Shown: positions 23,773 to 34,955 of the stretch, one piece after another | Numbering within the stretch: position 1 is the first letter of the stretch | How the letters are laid out: every line of letters begins with the position of its first letter | Source of the DNA: Octopus sinensis | Lineage: Eukaryota | Assembly (NCBI RefSeq): GCF_006345805.1 | Contig: NC_043010.1 | Location: 62,248,001-62,312,000 of the forward strand | DNA: 64,000 bases | Reading direction: 5' to 3' | Position numbers and translations under genes: made by a program | The notes under the pieces: model-generated | Told to the model about the DNA's origin: nothing | The model's input: the letters and a program-made list of their open reading frames with translations, nothing else | Databases searched by the model: none

Positions 23773-23927
23773 TATATGTATGTTATTATGGTTGTAGTTT
23801 TGTTAATTAAATAAGACAACATTCTAATATCCTAAAGCTGATGAACTAACTAATGTGTTTCTCCATTTTCTTATTTGTAATATATAGATATATATATATA
23901 TATAATAATGATGATGATGATGATGAA

Positions 23928-23957
<30 letters not shown>

Positions 23958-23961
<4 letters not shown>

Positions 23962-24296
23962 TTAGGGAGTATAACTCCAAACTTACAGGGAAAAATTCAA
24001 TTTAGTATTAAATCAAATTTCACAATATAAATATATAATATTTATAAATTAGAGAAAGACCACTATTATGCAAGTCAAACAATGATAGACAGAAACCAAA
24101 TCCTAAAATAAAAATGATATATATTTTAAAACATATAACTAGATCACAAAAAGTACAAAAATGAACAAACAATATATAATAAGTAAAAAGACTATGTACG
24201 TTTCATGGCAATAATTTAAATTCGAATTACAATTAAATTTTAATTTAATTGAAAAACAATTCAATTTAAAAGTATAGTCACTCCTCAGGTCAACAA
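23958..24296 (-). mobile_element. Penelope-like pLTR fragment (family I)
   Basis: Starts ATTAGGGAGTATAACTCCAAACTTACAGGGAAAAA, homologous to 41783 onward; carries a hammerhead motif. Confidence 0.65.
24190..24291 (-). ncRNA. Type-I hammerhead ribozyme motif with long AU-rich stem II
   Basis: GAC-CUGAGGA-GUGAC...GCCAU-GAAA-C-GUAC-AUA-GUC. Confidence 0.55.
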
Positions 24297-24681
24297 TAAT
24301 AACAATAATAGTTTTTAATTCAAAACTTATGGAAACAAGACATTTGTACTCAGAGCCAGAGGCGGTTTCAGCTGGGTTGGTAATGAAAGGGTTAATTCAA
24401 AACTTTATAGCACAGTGAACTTTCAAATAGTCTTGATGTCGCAACAGCATTCTGCAAACTAGTCAGGTGTGACAAGCAATGTTTAGTAGGCTGTGTTCAA
24501 AATGCTGTTACAGTCATTTCCTTCAATCAGAGGTAGAAAAAAAGTTGGCTGGTCAGCTTATTAGCTTCATAGCAATTAATAATTAATAACTATCTACCTG
24601 CCTAGCCATTGACATAACTATTCACATAGCTGCATGAACTTAGCAATAAATCTATTTACCAATTTATCTATCTCATCTATC

Positions 24682-24713
<32 letters not shown>

Positions 24714-24746
24714 ATCTATCTATCTATCTATCTTTCTATCTATCTT

Positions 24747-24791
<45 letters not shown>

Positions 24792-24819
24792 ATCTATATA
24801 TATATATATATATCTTTAT

Positions 24820-25013
24820 AAAGGGAAAGTTTACGAAAATAAACAAAAGATGAAGGCAGGTGGAGTACAAACAAACAAATGTATTAGTATAGTGCTCAGG
24901 AATAGAAATAGAAAAAGTCTTTTACGTTTCGAGCCTATGCTCTTCGACAGAAAGATACACAGAAAAAAACAAGGAGAGAAAACAACGCATGTAGGAGCTA
25001 ACGATCTATCATC
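24820..25013 (-). mobile_element. Penelope-like pLTR fragment (family H)
   Basis: Best-preserved H copy; abuts (TA)n/(CTAT)n. Confidence 0.65.
24918..24955 (-). ncRNA. Minimal type-I hammerhead ribozyme-like motif, variant core CUGUCGA
   Basis: UCUUU-CUGUCGA-A-GAGC-AUAG-GCUC-GAAA-C-GUA-AAAGA. Confidence 0.65.
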
Positions 25014-25320
25014 TTATCTACTTATCTGTTTGACTGTCCGTCTGTCTATCTATCTACCTATATACATATATACACACACATACATACATACATACACACG
25101 CCAACATGCGTACACATATACACACACATACCTATTCTGTTTGCCTGTCCATGTCTCTCCTCTCAACCAACCATATTTAAGATCCCAGACAGACCGGATC
25201 ATAGTAACAGTTGCATAATAATGGCCATAGCTTCATAGGTACATCTAGGGACCATATCATAGTGACCACAGTGTCGTAGTGACCACTATTTTAGGCAAGC
25301 AGACAGAATTGTTAGCATAT

Positions 25321-25711
25321 AGGTGTAGGAGTGGCTGTGGGGCAAGTAGCTTGCTTACGAACCACATGGTTCCCAGTTCCATCCCATTGCGTGGCACCTT
25401 GGGCAAGTGTCTTCTACTATGGCCTCGGGCCGACCAAAGCCTTGTGAGTGGATTTTGTAGACAGAAACTGAAAGAAGCCCATAATACATATGTGTGTGTC
25501 TGTGTTTGTCCCCCTAGCATTGCTTGACAACCGATGCTGGTGTGTTTACGTGCCCGTAGCTTAGTTGTTTGGCAAAAAGAGACCGATAGAATAAGTACTA
25601 GGCTTACAAAGAATAAGTCCTGGGGTCGATTTGCTCGACTAAAGGCAGTGCTCCAGCATGGCCACAGTCAAGTGACTGAAACAAGTAAAAGAGTAAAAGA
25701 GAGTAAAGAGT
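25321..25711 (+). mobile_element. SINE family A, full length
   Basis: Colinear with other full copies; (GAGTAAAA)n tail. Confidence 0.95.
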
Positions 25712-25714
25712 ATC

Positions 25715-25840
25715 TAAGACAAAATGTCAAGCAGCATTTTTTTCCAGCTCTTTACATTCTGGGTTCAAATCCTGCCGAAGCTAACTTTACCTTTCATCCT
25801 TTATGGGGTAAATTAAAATAAAATAAAAGTACCGATTGAC
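25715..25840 (+). mobile_element. SINE family C, diverged
   Basis: TTCTGGGTTCAAATCCTGCCGAAG...CCTTTCATCCTTT. Confidence 0.6.
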
Positions 25841-25974
25841 CTTGTTCTAAAATCAGAAAGAATTTTAGAAAAATTGAAAGATAAAATTCACCCCCACCCA
25901 ACCCCTCCCCATTTCTCCCCCACCTCCACACGAAACACACCTCTACGCAGAAATCACACCTCTTGTAAAATAAG

Positions 25975-26125
25975 CTAAAGGTACATCGGATAATGGAGTG
26001 TGAGGCACGTTATAACTAAAAGACCAAACAGAAAAAAGTCGGAACGGTCACGGCTGGAATGCCTTTGGTCATACGTTTGCTCAATGAGGCCAGACTTGGG
26101 ACTAGAAGGACAACAGCAGCAACAC
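25975..26125 (-). mobile_element. Family F repeat
   Basis: ACGGTCACGGCTGGAATGCCTTTGGTCATACG. Confidence 0.55.
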
Positions 26126-26157
26126 AATATTAATAATGTGAGGTTCCAAGAAACTGA

Positions 26158-26192
<35 letters not shown>

Positions 26193-26520
26193 GTGTGTGT
26201 ATGTGTGAGTGTATGTATGTGTGTGAGAGTGTGTGTGTGTGAGAGAGAGCGTGTTTGTGTGTGTGTGTGTATGTATGTGTGTGAGAGTGTGTGTGAGTGT
26301 ATGTATGTGTGTGAGAGTGTGTATGTGTATGTGAGTGTGTGTGTGTGTGTGTTTGTGTGTGTGAGAGTGTGTGTGAGTGAATGTATGTGAGTGTGTGTGT
26401 GTGAGTGTATGTGTGTGTGAGTGTATGTATGTGTGTGTGTTTGTGTGTGTGTGTGTTTGTGTGTGTGTGAGTGTATGTATGTGTGTGAGTGTATGTATGT
26501 GTGTGAGAGTGTGTGTGTCT

Positions 26521-26576
<56 letters not shown>
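26158..26576 (+). repeat. (TG)n compound microsatellite
   Basis: Direct inspection. Confidence 0.95.
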
Positions 26577-26577
<1 letters not shown>

Positions 26578-27319
26578 TGGCCCTGTGCAGTTAAAGAGAA
26601 CCGTCTGTCTGGCAGACATCAATGTCTGTCTGTGTGTGTTGAAGATTGGCGTAAAAAAAAAAAAATTCGTGGCTGGCTGGTTTAATGTTGGTTGCGAATG
26701 TCGTGAGAGAGACAGAAGGATATCCAGGGGACAAAGAAAGGATCGGATGAGTCATGAGAAAAAAGGGAGAGGAACTGAACTGGTGTGGACAATAACGGGC
26801 ACACCAGGAGGTTTAGATGTCACAGACTGTAAAATGGGAAGAACGAGACATGGGTACGACGGAACAACGAGGCATGCATTATTTATTACGCCTGAACCCC
26901 GCAGAGAGAAGGAAAGAGTGAGAGTGTGAGAGTGAGAGTGAGGAGAGTGAGTGAGAGTGAGAGAGAGTGAGTGAGAGTGAGTGAGAGTGAGAGAGTGAGT
27001 GGGACAGACAGACAGAGGTGTGTGTGTGTGTGTGTGTGGAGTCTACAATATAGAATTTAGCACTGGATAACATAATGGCTGGCTGGCTGAGGTCAGGGCA
27101 CTTTGAAAGAACTTCCATACGTGCATGCACACGCACGCGCGTACACACACACACACATACTGGTACGCAGGTATACGTACACATGCATGCACAAACACGC
27201 ACACGCACTCCCACACACACACATACACACACACGTGCATTGCATCGTGTCTGATGGCATGTTCGATGCTTTGCTTACATTCTAGTCACCTTGAGAATAA
27301 GTATATCAATGTAACACTT

Positions 27320-27367
<48 letters not shown>

Positions 27368-27549
27368 GCACACACACGTATGTGAGGTGTATGTGTGTGT
27401 GTGTGGACACTATATGTATTATATGTGTATATGTATATTCGCAAGCTTATATATAAAAACATACATACATACATACATATACATATATGCGTGTATGTGT
27501 GTGTGTATATATATATGTGTGTATGTTTGTATATGTATATAATATGTAT

Positions 27550-27923
27550 ACTCTTTTACTCTTTACTCTTTTACTTGTTTCAGTCATTTAACTGCAGCCA
27601 TGCTGGAGCACCGCCTTTAGTCGGGCCAATCAATCCCAGGACTTGTAAACCTAGTACTTATTCTATCAGTCTCTTTTGCCGAACTGCTAAGTTAACTGGG
27701 ACGTAAACACATCAGCATCGGATGTCAAGCGATGTTGGGGGACAAACACAGACACATATATATACATATACATATATACGACAGGCTTCTTTTCAGTTTC
27801 CGTCTACCAAATCAACTTACAAGGCTTTGGTCAACCCGAAGCTATAGTAGAAGACACTTGCCCAAGGTGCCATGCAGTGGGACTGAACCCGGAACCACGT
27901 GGCTGGTACCACACAGCCACTCC
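27550..27923 (-). mobile_element. SINE family A, near full length
   Basis: Colinear with other copies; small deletion in the head. Confidence 0.92.
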
Positions 27924-28240
27924 ATGTTGTATTGAGTTCCCTCAGGGCTGGTCTTCCTGCAGCAAGTTTTGCTCTAATATCCTGGCTGTGGTCCACAGTT
28001 TTGGTCAACAATGGAACCCAGATACCTAAACATGTCAACCTGCTCTAGCTTGACCAAACTGATTTGGCCCCCTGCTTGCTGCTTGAACCTGGTCTTCTTG
28101 GTGATAATCTGTCACTTGTCAATCAGTCTCTGGTGTCCAGCCAATGACATAGGGATCAGCATGATGTCATTGGCATAACAATGGTTATCTTGACACTGGT
28201 CACCAATACATATACTAATCCAGTGACCTCTACATCACCA
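27922..28240 (-). pseudogene. RTE-clade LINE reverse transcriptase remnant
   Basis: Manual translation with frameshifts: YANDIMLI (YADD motif)...TKKTR...LEQVDMFRYLGSIV...DIRAKLAAGRPALRELNTTW. Confidence 0.7.
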
Positions 28241-28254
28241 CTTTCAGGTTAAAT

Positions 28255-28435
28255 CTGTACACCACATTGTTGCCAGTTGTCATGGTCACCTGTCATCTCT
28301 TTTTTGAGGGTCAACATCTTGAGATTAATTTTCACCACATTGTCACATGTCTTTCTTTCTAAGTTTCTCTCTTTCATGGGCATCATCGACTTTCAGTACT
28401 TTTTTTCCATGCTGCTCACAACTGAGTTTTCCATA
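28255..28435 (-). pseudogene. RTE-type LINE ORF C-terminal remnant
   Basis: RKTCDNVVKINLKMLTLKKEMTGDHDNWQ resembles the RTE C-terminal RKTW..VV..DL..L.L......DR..W pattern. Confidence 0.45.
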
Positions 28436-28444
28436 TTGTACATA

Positions 28445-28832
28445 TCTATATATAAAGCTGAAGTTGTCTGTGTATGGCAGGTTTGGTAGCCTTCAACTAA
28501 CCCTATTTCCTCCGAGACCCTGCGGTGCAAGTTGACCAAAATTGAGAGTATGATAGAAGAAGGCTTGCTCTTCCTTCCGGAGAAGAAAAAATTCAAATCG
28601 GACCATGTTAACACCAAAAATTATTTACATCAAAAAGGTGCTTTCTTTCTATGAAAATCCCTATTTTTAATGATTTTTTGACTGCTGTGTCGCCATTTTT
28701 CGGTGTATTTCAACCAGAAAAATGTTCACTTAAAGAGAATAACAAGCTACATAATGCAAAATTTTTACTTTTCAAAACTTCCACTTCTAAAGGGTCGAAA
28801 CAAACCCAAGCAACACCGGGTGATATTGCTAG
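28445..28832 (+). mobile_element. Non-autonomous Helitron, complete
   Basis: A|TCTATATATAAAGCTGAAGTTGT ... GCAACACCGGGTGATATTGCTAG|T; inserted between A and T, no TSD, subterminal palindrome. Confidence 0.85.
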
Positions 28833-29217
28833 TTATTATATAAAATAGCAAATCTACCCATCTACAATGGAAGCATGAAATGAGGGAACGAAGTCATAAC
28901 AGCATTATGTATTGAGAAATGTGTAAATGGACTTGACAGATTACTGGGTGGCGTCTTAGAGAAATCACATTATTGTTAGTGATACAGCATTCTTTTGCAG
29001 CTATACGACATGTGTTTGCAACTGAGATGTGATGACGATTCACTCCTGAACTGAAATAGGCTCCCAGCCTCTGTATCATGAATGGTTATGTAGATCACTC
29101 TTATTGAAAGCTAGAGCTTCCTTCGAACACTATATAAAAAGTATTAAGAAAAAAATGCTATTTAGATATACTTTTATTTTAGTTGTTTACACTATTTTAC
29201 ACTTGTTTATACTCTCA

Positions 29218-29525
29218 CTAGCAGTATCGCCCGGCGTTGCTTGTGTTTGTAAGGGAAATAACTATATAAGCACTTTTAGAGAGTTACTTCCCTTATATAA
29301 AGCGAGCAAAAAATGCATTAAAAATGCGAAAAAATGATGGTAAATTTTTTTATCATCGTAGACTCATCGTAGACGCGTGCTAATACCCAGAAGGGCTTGA
29401 TATGAATCACGACTATAAGATACCTGCTTTTGGTTAAACTACACCACCAAATGTGGGAGTAGTTAGGAATCTAAATCGGAGGAGACATACTCACACACAC
29501 ACAACTTCAGTTTTATATATAAAGA
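29218..29525 (-). mobile_element. Non-autonomous Helitron, complete
   Basis: Minus strand A|TCTTTATATATAAAACTGAAGTTGT ... GCAACGCCGGGCGATACTGCTAG|T. Confidence 0.85.
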
Positions 29526-29984
29526 TATATTCAAAGTTCACAAATTTCTTTATTTAAGTTATAAATCATATTCATTTTGATTATATTAATATGATTAAAA
29601 AAAAAATTTTTTGTAGATGACATTTTCTGTTTGGTCAACACTAATTTTCAAATCACTGGGGTCTACTCATAGCGACGTATAACTGGCCATGTGTAAACAT
29701 AGGAGTGAGTAAAATACACCTACAAGATCTAAAGTCTAACCCTGTGCCTTGTTTACTGTGAATGCTTGAGTGGGATCTTTAGAGCTGCAAAAAAATCAAA
29801 CTGAGGCTTACCTCTCTCTATTCTATAAAAATAAGGTCTAGATGTTCTGGTACCATGGGTTATTTTGATTGACAAAACCTAGATGTAAAAAACAGCCATT
29901 TCAATTAACTGTTTTGAATCCTGCTCAAGACTGACACACTTCAATAACCACTCACTTTCAACTGTCCTCATGACTCCCTTCATA

Positions 29985-30415
29985 TCTACGATGGGGTCAT
30001 GAACTATACAATGAAAATCCAGAGTTACTTGTGGTCAGTGAATTTTTAATAAAAAAGCGAAGGTGGTTTATCAATTCAAAAATTGATATCCACGAAATAA
30101 TCATACTTTCTGATTTTTTAATGCTAAAAGCCTTCTTGACGACTGTCTTTATAATCCCCCCAAATATTGTAACCATTGGTCCAGCTACCTGGCCTTGAAG
30201 AGGGAACAGACAAACAGACGGACAGACAGACATAATGCCCATTGTAGTAAGATAGCAAATCTGGCCATCTGCAATAGGAAATAAAGGGATAGTATTGCAA
30301 ATCTAAACCCTCTAAATTCAGGAACTATATGGTGAGAAAATCCAGAGTTAATCCTTGTCACCAGAATTTTGACAAAAAAAAAAAAAATCAAAGGTGATTT
30401 ATTAATACAACACTT
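29985..30415 (-). mobile_element. Two tandem fragments of another probable Helitron family
   Basis: Minus strand A|TCTTACTACAATGGGCATTATG(TCTG)n 5' end at 30252; GAACTATA..GAAAATCCAGAGTTA recurs at ~30001 and ~30322. Confidence 0.45.
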
Positions 30416-30467
30416 AATATACATTATTTACAATTGATGGATATTTGTTCTCATCTTGTTTGTTGTT

Positions 30468-30513
30468 AACACAACCTTTCAGCTGATATACCCTCCAGCC
30501 TTCATCAGGTGTC
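30468..30513 (-). ncRNA. Minimal type-I hammerhead ribozyme motif (PLE family D)
   Basis: GACAC-CUGAUGA-A-GGCUG-GAGGGUAUAU-CAGCU-GAAA-G-GUU-GUGUU. Confidence 0.65.
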
Positions 30514-30599
30514 TTGGGGAAATTTCAAACCTGGGTTCTCATTCCTAAGGTATTTTTTGATGTCGTCGTTGTCATCATCGTCATTATTATTATTATTCA

Positions 30600-30671
30600 G
30601 GTCACTGCCTGGAATTGAACTCGGAATCTTGGGGTTAGTAGCCTGCACTCTTAACCACTATGTCATATGCC
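30600..30671 (-). promoter_or_regulatory. tRNA-like sequence with Pol III A and B boxes inside the PLE 3' region
   Basis: GGCATA-TGACATAGTGG(A box)-TTAAGAGTGCAGG-CTACTAA-CCCCAAGATTCC-GAGTTCAATTCC(B box)-AGGCAGTGACC; 72 nt; acceptor stem does not close, so not a functional tRNA. Confidence 0.65.
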
Positions 30672-30702
30672 TGTGGTCAATTATGGAGTGAATTTTTAGG
30701 GC

Positions 30703-30874
30703 TTATAAATTAAATATTTTCCTATCCTTCCTTGATACCAGTTCCCATATGCTATTCATATCTGCACTCAGTCTGCTTAGGTGATTGTTGTGTCCTAGCA
30801 TATGTGCTGCTTCTTTCAGTTTTGTATTTTCCAGAGGTGTTCTCTGTCTATTAATTTAACTTCACCCCACAGGG
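30703..30874 (-). pseudogene. Penelope GIY-YIG endonuclease C-terminal remnant
   Basis: Manual translation with one frameshift: LWGEVKLIDREHLWKI/KLKEAAHMLGHNNHLSRLSADMNSIWELV...*, matching the PLE W....ID.E.....R..KEA.H pattern. Confidence 0.75.
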
Positions 30875-31059
30875 ATGTAAATAATGTAAATAATGTACAT
30901 AATTCCTCATCTCTTAAATACAGAACTGTAAGACTCTCTGTCCACTAAATAATCGTACTTTTTCACATTTTTCCACTTTCCTGTTTACCTCCTTCGTAAT
31001 CCTGAAAAACACTGTGACCATTGGTCCACCCATTTGACCATGAAGAGGGAACAGACAGA

Positions 31060-31303
31060 CATATAGGTTCCCCACCTGGACGGGACGCCGGTCTGTCGCA
31101 GGTGAGCTGCAAGATGCAAGAGGAAAGAGTGAGAGAAAGTTGTGGTGAAAGAGTCAGCAGAAGTTCGCCATTACCTTCTGCCAGAGCCAAGATGGAGTTT
31201 AGGTGTTTCGCTCATAAACACACACATCGCCCGGTCTGAGATTCGAACCCACGATCTCTTGACCACGAGTCCACTGCTCTAACCACAAGGCCATGTGCCT
31301 CCA
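31060..31303 (-). mobile_element. SINE family G, tRNA-derived, with V-domain-like block
   Basis: Minus strand TGGAGGCACATGGCCTTGTGGTTAGAGC...GGGTTCGAATC...CCTGCGACAGACCGGCGTCCCGTCCAGG. Confidence 0.75.
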
Positions 31304-31412
31304 CTGTATATTACATGTGGAATATTGAAACTCGAAGCAGATAAAGCTATAAATAACAGAACATAAACATTGGTTTAAAAAACTTGTTGAATGGAAAGAG
31401 TCAAATTCTGAA

Positions 31413-31811
31413 TACTCTTTACTCTCTTTTACTCTTTTACTTGTTTCAGTCATTTGACTGCAGCCAGGCTGGAGCACCGCCTTTAGTCGAGCAAATCGAC
31501 CCCGGGACTTATTCTTTGTAAGCCCAGTACTTATTCTATCGGTCTCTTTTTGCCGAACCGCTAAGTGATGGGGACATAAACACACCAGCATCGGTTGTCA
31601 AGCAATACTAGGGGGACAAACACACACACGCATATATATATATATATATACAACAGGCTTCTTTCAGTTTCCGTCTACCAAATCCACTCACAAGGCATTG
31701 GTCGGCCCGTGGCTATAGCAGAAGACACTTGCCGAAGGTGCCACGCAGTGGGACTGAACCCGGAACCATGTGATTGGTTAGCAAGCTACTTACCACACAG
31801 CCACTCCTGCG
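31413..31811 (-). mobile_element. SINE family A, full length
   Basis: Colinear with other full copies. Confidence 0.95.
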
Positions 31812-32024
31812 TGTATAGAGTTTATTCAAACTATTTATCTCACAGTTCTTGTTTTCAGCCATTTTGGTCTTCAGGTGAGAACTCGTTTCTCACCTGAAAC
31901 TCTGAGTCACAGCTTAGAGAAAGCACAGCTTTACACCAAATACTTACATTGGTAGTACTCAGCTCCAGTTCTCAGGGCAGCTTGTGGCCCTCAAACATCC
32001 TTCTGTTGGTCCCCAACGGTCTCA

Positions 32025-32390
32025 CCTCTATAAAAATGATGACGCCGTGGTGATCTCATTCTTGCTCACATCATAAGCGGAAAGTGTAACCTCTCGAAGG
32101 AGCTGTTCTTCATTCCTGCTCCAGAGCGTCGGCTGCGGGGTCATTCCGAAAAGCTCTACCTGCGACGATTTCATTTCAATCGAAGGAGAGGGGCTTTCTC
32201 CGTCCGGGTTGCGGATCCGTGGAATAAGCTGCCAGACGAGATAGTGAAGATGCCGACGACCGCTTGGTTCAAAGTCTCCCTTGACCACGAGTGGCCTGAA
32301 CTCTTTACATGAACACCACCCTGTACATAACTCCGTGTCCCCCTACATGGCCTTGCTTTTTGAGCCAAAAAATTAATTAACTAACTAAAT
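32025..32390 (+). mobile_element. CR1-clade LINE 3' end (RT C-terminus to stop at 32312, 3' UTR, AACT tail)
   Basis: Open frame 32043-32312: RRGDLILAH...LRGHSEKL...RRGAFSVRVADPWNKLPDEIVKMPTTAWFKVSLD*. Confidence 0.9.
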
Positions 32391-32569
32391 ATAATGAAAT
32401 TTTCTTTAATTAACTTGTGTTGTACACTTTTGGGTGCAGCCCCCTAAAAAGGCATCCAGGTTTTGGGACCTGGCCTTCATATTGAAAACGGTGGGAGCCA
32501 TTGATTTTACACAGTGCTCTTGTATTGAGTATTTGTACAGTTTGCTTGAAACATTTAATGTACATGTGT

Positions 32570-33273
32570 GTTGGTGTGTGGGGATGTGTTGTGGGTGTGT
32601 GTGTGTATGAAGGGATGTGTGTGTGTCGATGTACTTGTGTGCATGTGTGTATGCAGGGATGTGTGTGTCGATGTAGTTGTGTGCATGTGTGTATGTGTGT
32701 GTGTGTGTGTGTATGCACGGATGTGTGTCTATGTACTTGTGTGCATGTTTGTATATGTGTGTGTATGCATGGATGTGTGTGTCTATGTACTTACGTGTGT
32801 GTGTGTGTATGCATGGTTGTATGTGTCTCTCTACTTGTATGCATGAGTGTATATGTGTATATGTATGCATGGATGTGTGTGTCTATGAACTTGTGTGTGT
32901 ATATTCATGCATGAATGTGTGTGTGTGTGTATGCATAGATGTATGTGTCTATATAGTTGAGTGCATGTGTGTGTCTATGTGTGTGTTTATGTGTGTATAA
33001 GTATATATGTTTGGGTGTTGTCTGTGCATGCGTGCATGCATATGTGCACATGTAGATGTGTATATGTGTTCGCATGTGGCTGTGTGTTTCGATGTGTCTG
33101 TGACTGCGTGTAAGTGTGCGTAAATGCTTGCATGTGTGTGTGTGTGTGTGTGCGTGTGTGTGTGTGTGTGCGTGTGTGTGTGTGCAAGAGAGAAGGGGGG
33201 GAAAAGAAAGAGAAAAAGAAAACGAAAGAAAAGGGTAGGGAGCTGACTAAAGGAACCACCCAAAGCCTCACAT

Positions 33274-33308
<35 letters not shown>

Positions 33309-33400
33309 TACACACACACACACACAAATACACACACACACACACACACAAATACCACACACACACACACACACACAAATACACACACACCACACACAGA
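32570..33400. repeat. GT/CA-rich microsatellite-derived minisatellite field
   Basis: Recurrent GCATGGATGTGTGT..TATGTACTTGTGT units, then CACACAAATA units. Confidence 0.8.
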
Positions 33401-34270
33401 CAGCCTGTCAGCCATACAGTGAAACAGTGTGGTAAACATAATGGAAAAGCAACAGAGGTGGAGATTGAATACCTAGAGGCGACCTACTTTGCTTTGAGTA
33501 GTGGGGTACCTTAATGGGGTGTGTGTGTGTGTGTGTGTGTGCATGTTTGAATGAGTGTGTGAGCATGTGTTGCAAGGGGGGGGGGGCGTTGTATACATGT
33601 GTGCATGCGTTTGTGTGTGTAAGCGTGTGTTGCAGGGGAGGTTCTATGCGTGTGTGTTTGTGTGTGTGAGAAGGAGTTTGTGTGTGTTTACTGTTCGCGC
33701 GTGTGTGTGTGTGTGTGTATCTCTGTACGTGTTCTGTATGTTTGTATGTGTGTGTGTTCATGTATCTGAGCATATCTGTGTGCATGTGTGTGTGTGTCTC
33801 TATGTGTGTCTGTGTGGTAGTGTGTGTGTGTGTCTGTGTGTCTTTGTTCGGGTCTGTTCTCTCTGTGTTTGTAACTCAATGTTTGCAGAGCACACACATT
33901 GGCACAGATGTGAATGGGTGTGTCTGTTTATATTTGCCTGTGTGAGTGTGCATGTGTGTGTGCGTTTGTATAAATGAGTGTGTGTGTGTATAGCTGTGAC
34001 TACAATTAAATATACATGTGTGTGTCCACAGGCACAAACACACACACACACACATATATGTGTGTATGCTTGTGTGTATATGTGTGTGCATGTGTGTCTG
34101 TACATACATACACACATGGACATACATTTGTCTACATGAGAAAGCAATTGGTAGAACAGTGAGGATGATAATGATGGTGGCGGGGGAGCAGTACAGGATA
34201 TCAATGTTTATGTCTTCATATATATATATATATATATATATGTCTGCGTGTGTGTGTGTGTGTGTGTGTG

Positions 34271-34548
34271 ATCATCATCACCATCATCATTATTTAATGT
34301 CCACTGTCCATTCTGGCTTGGGTTGGACGGTTTGACCAGGGCTGGCAAGCTGGAAGGCTGCACCAGACTCCAGTCTAATCTGGCAGAGTTTCTACAGCTG
34401 GATGCCCTTCCTAATGCCAACCACTCCGTGAGTGTAGTGGGTGCTTTTTATGTGCCACCAGCACAGGTGCCAGGGGAGGCTGGCAATGGCCACGATCGGT
34501 TGGTGCTTTTTATGTCCCACTGGCACAGAAGCCGGTCAAGGCAGCGCT
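34271..34548 (-). mobile_element. Family B retroposon
   Basis: Colinear with 14604-14950. Confidence 0.85.
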
Positions 34549-34725
34549 GATATATATAAATATATATATATAAATATATATATATAAATATATATATAAA
34601 TATATATATATATATTTGTTAGGGAATAAAAATTCCAGAATAACAAATTATTCTCAATGAAGAAATATATATTTTAATTTAGAGATAGTAGGCCCATTCA
34701 TCTCACCATATAAAATAGAGTTATA

Positions 34726-34884
34726 GGCACAAGCATGGATGTGTGGTAAGAAGCTTGCTTACCAACCACATGACTTCGGGTTCAGTCCCACTGTGTGGCA
34801 CCTTAGGCAAGCATCTCCCATTATAGCCTTGGGTCAACCAAAGACTTGTGAGTGGATTTGGTAGACAGAAACTGGAAGAAGCCA

Positions 34885-34885
<1 letters not shown>
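34726..34885 (+). mobile_element. SINE family A 5' half
   Basis: Ends at the internal (TA)n. Confidence 0.85.

Positions 34886-34955
<70 letters not shown>

Larger units (their letters stand above)
30418..30930 (-). mobile_element. Penelope-like retroelement 3' fragment (family D): GIY-YIG C-terminus, tRNA-like cassette, pLTR with hammerhead, inverted pLTR tip at the 5' break
   Basis: See sub-features; 30875-30930 is the pLTR end in the opposite orientation, matching 16329-16384. Confidence 0.85.

Noticed and set aside
30600-30671. Functional tRNA gene (also SINE heads near 20600-20670 and 31230-31303)
   Set aside because: Acceptor stems do not close, no T-run terminator follows, and each is embedded in a repeat body
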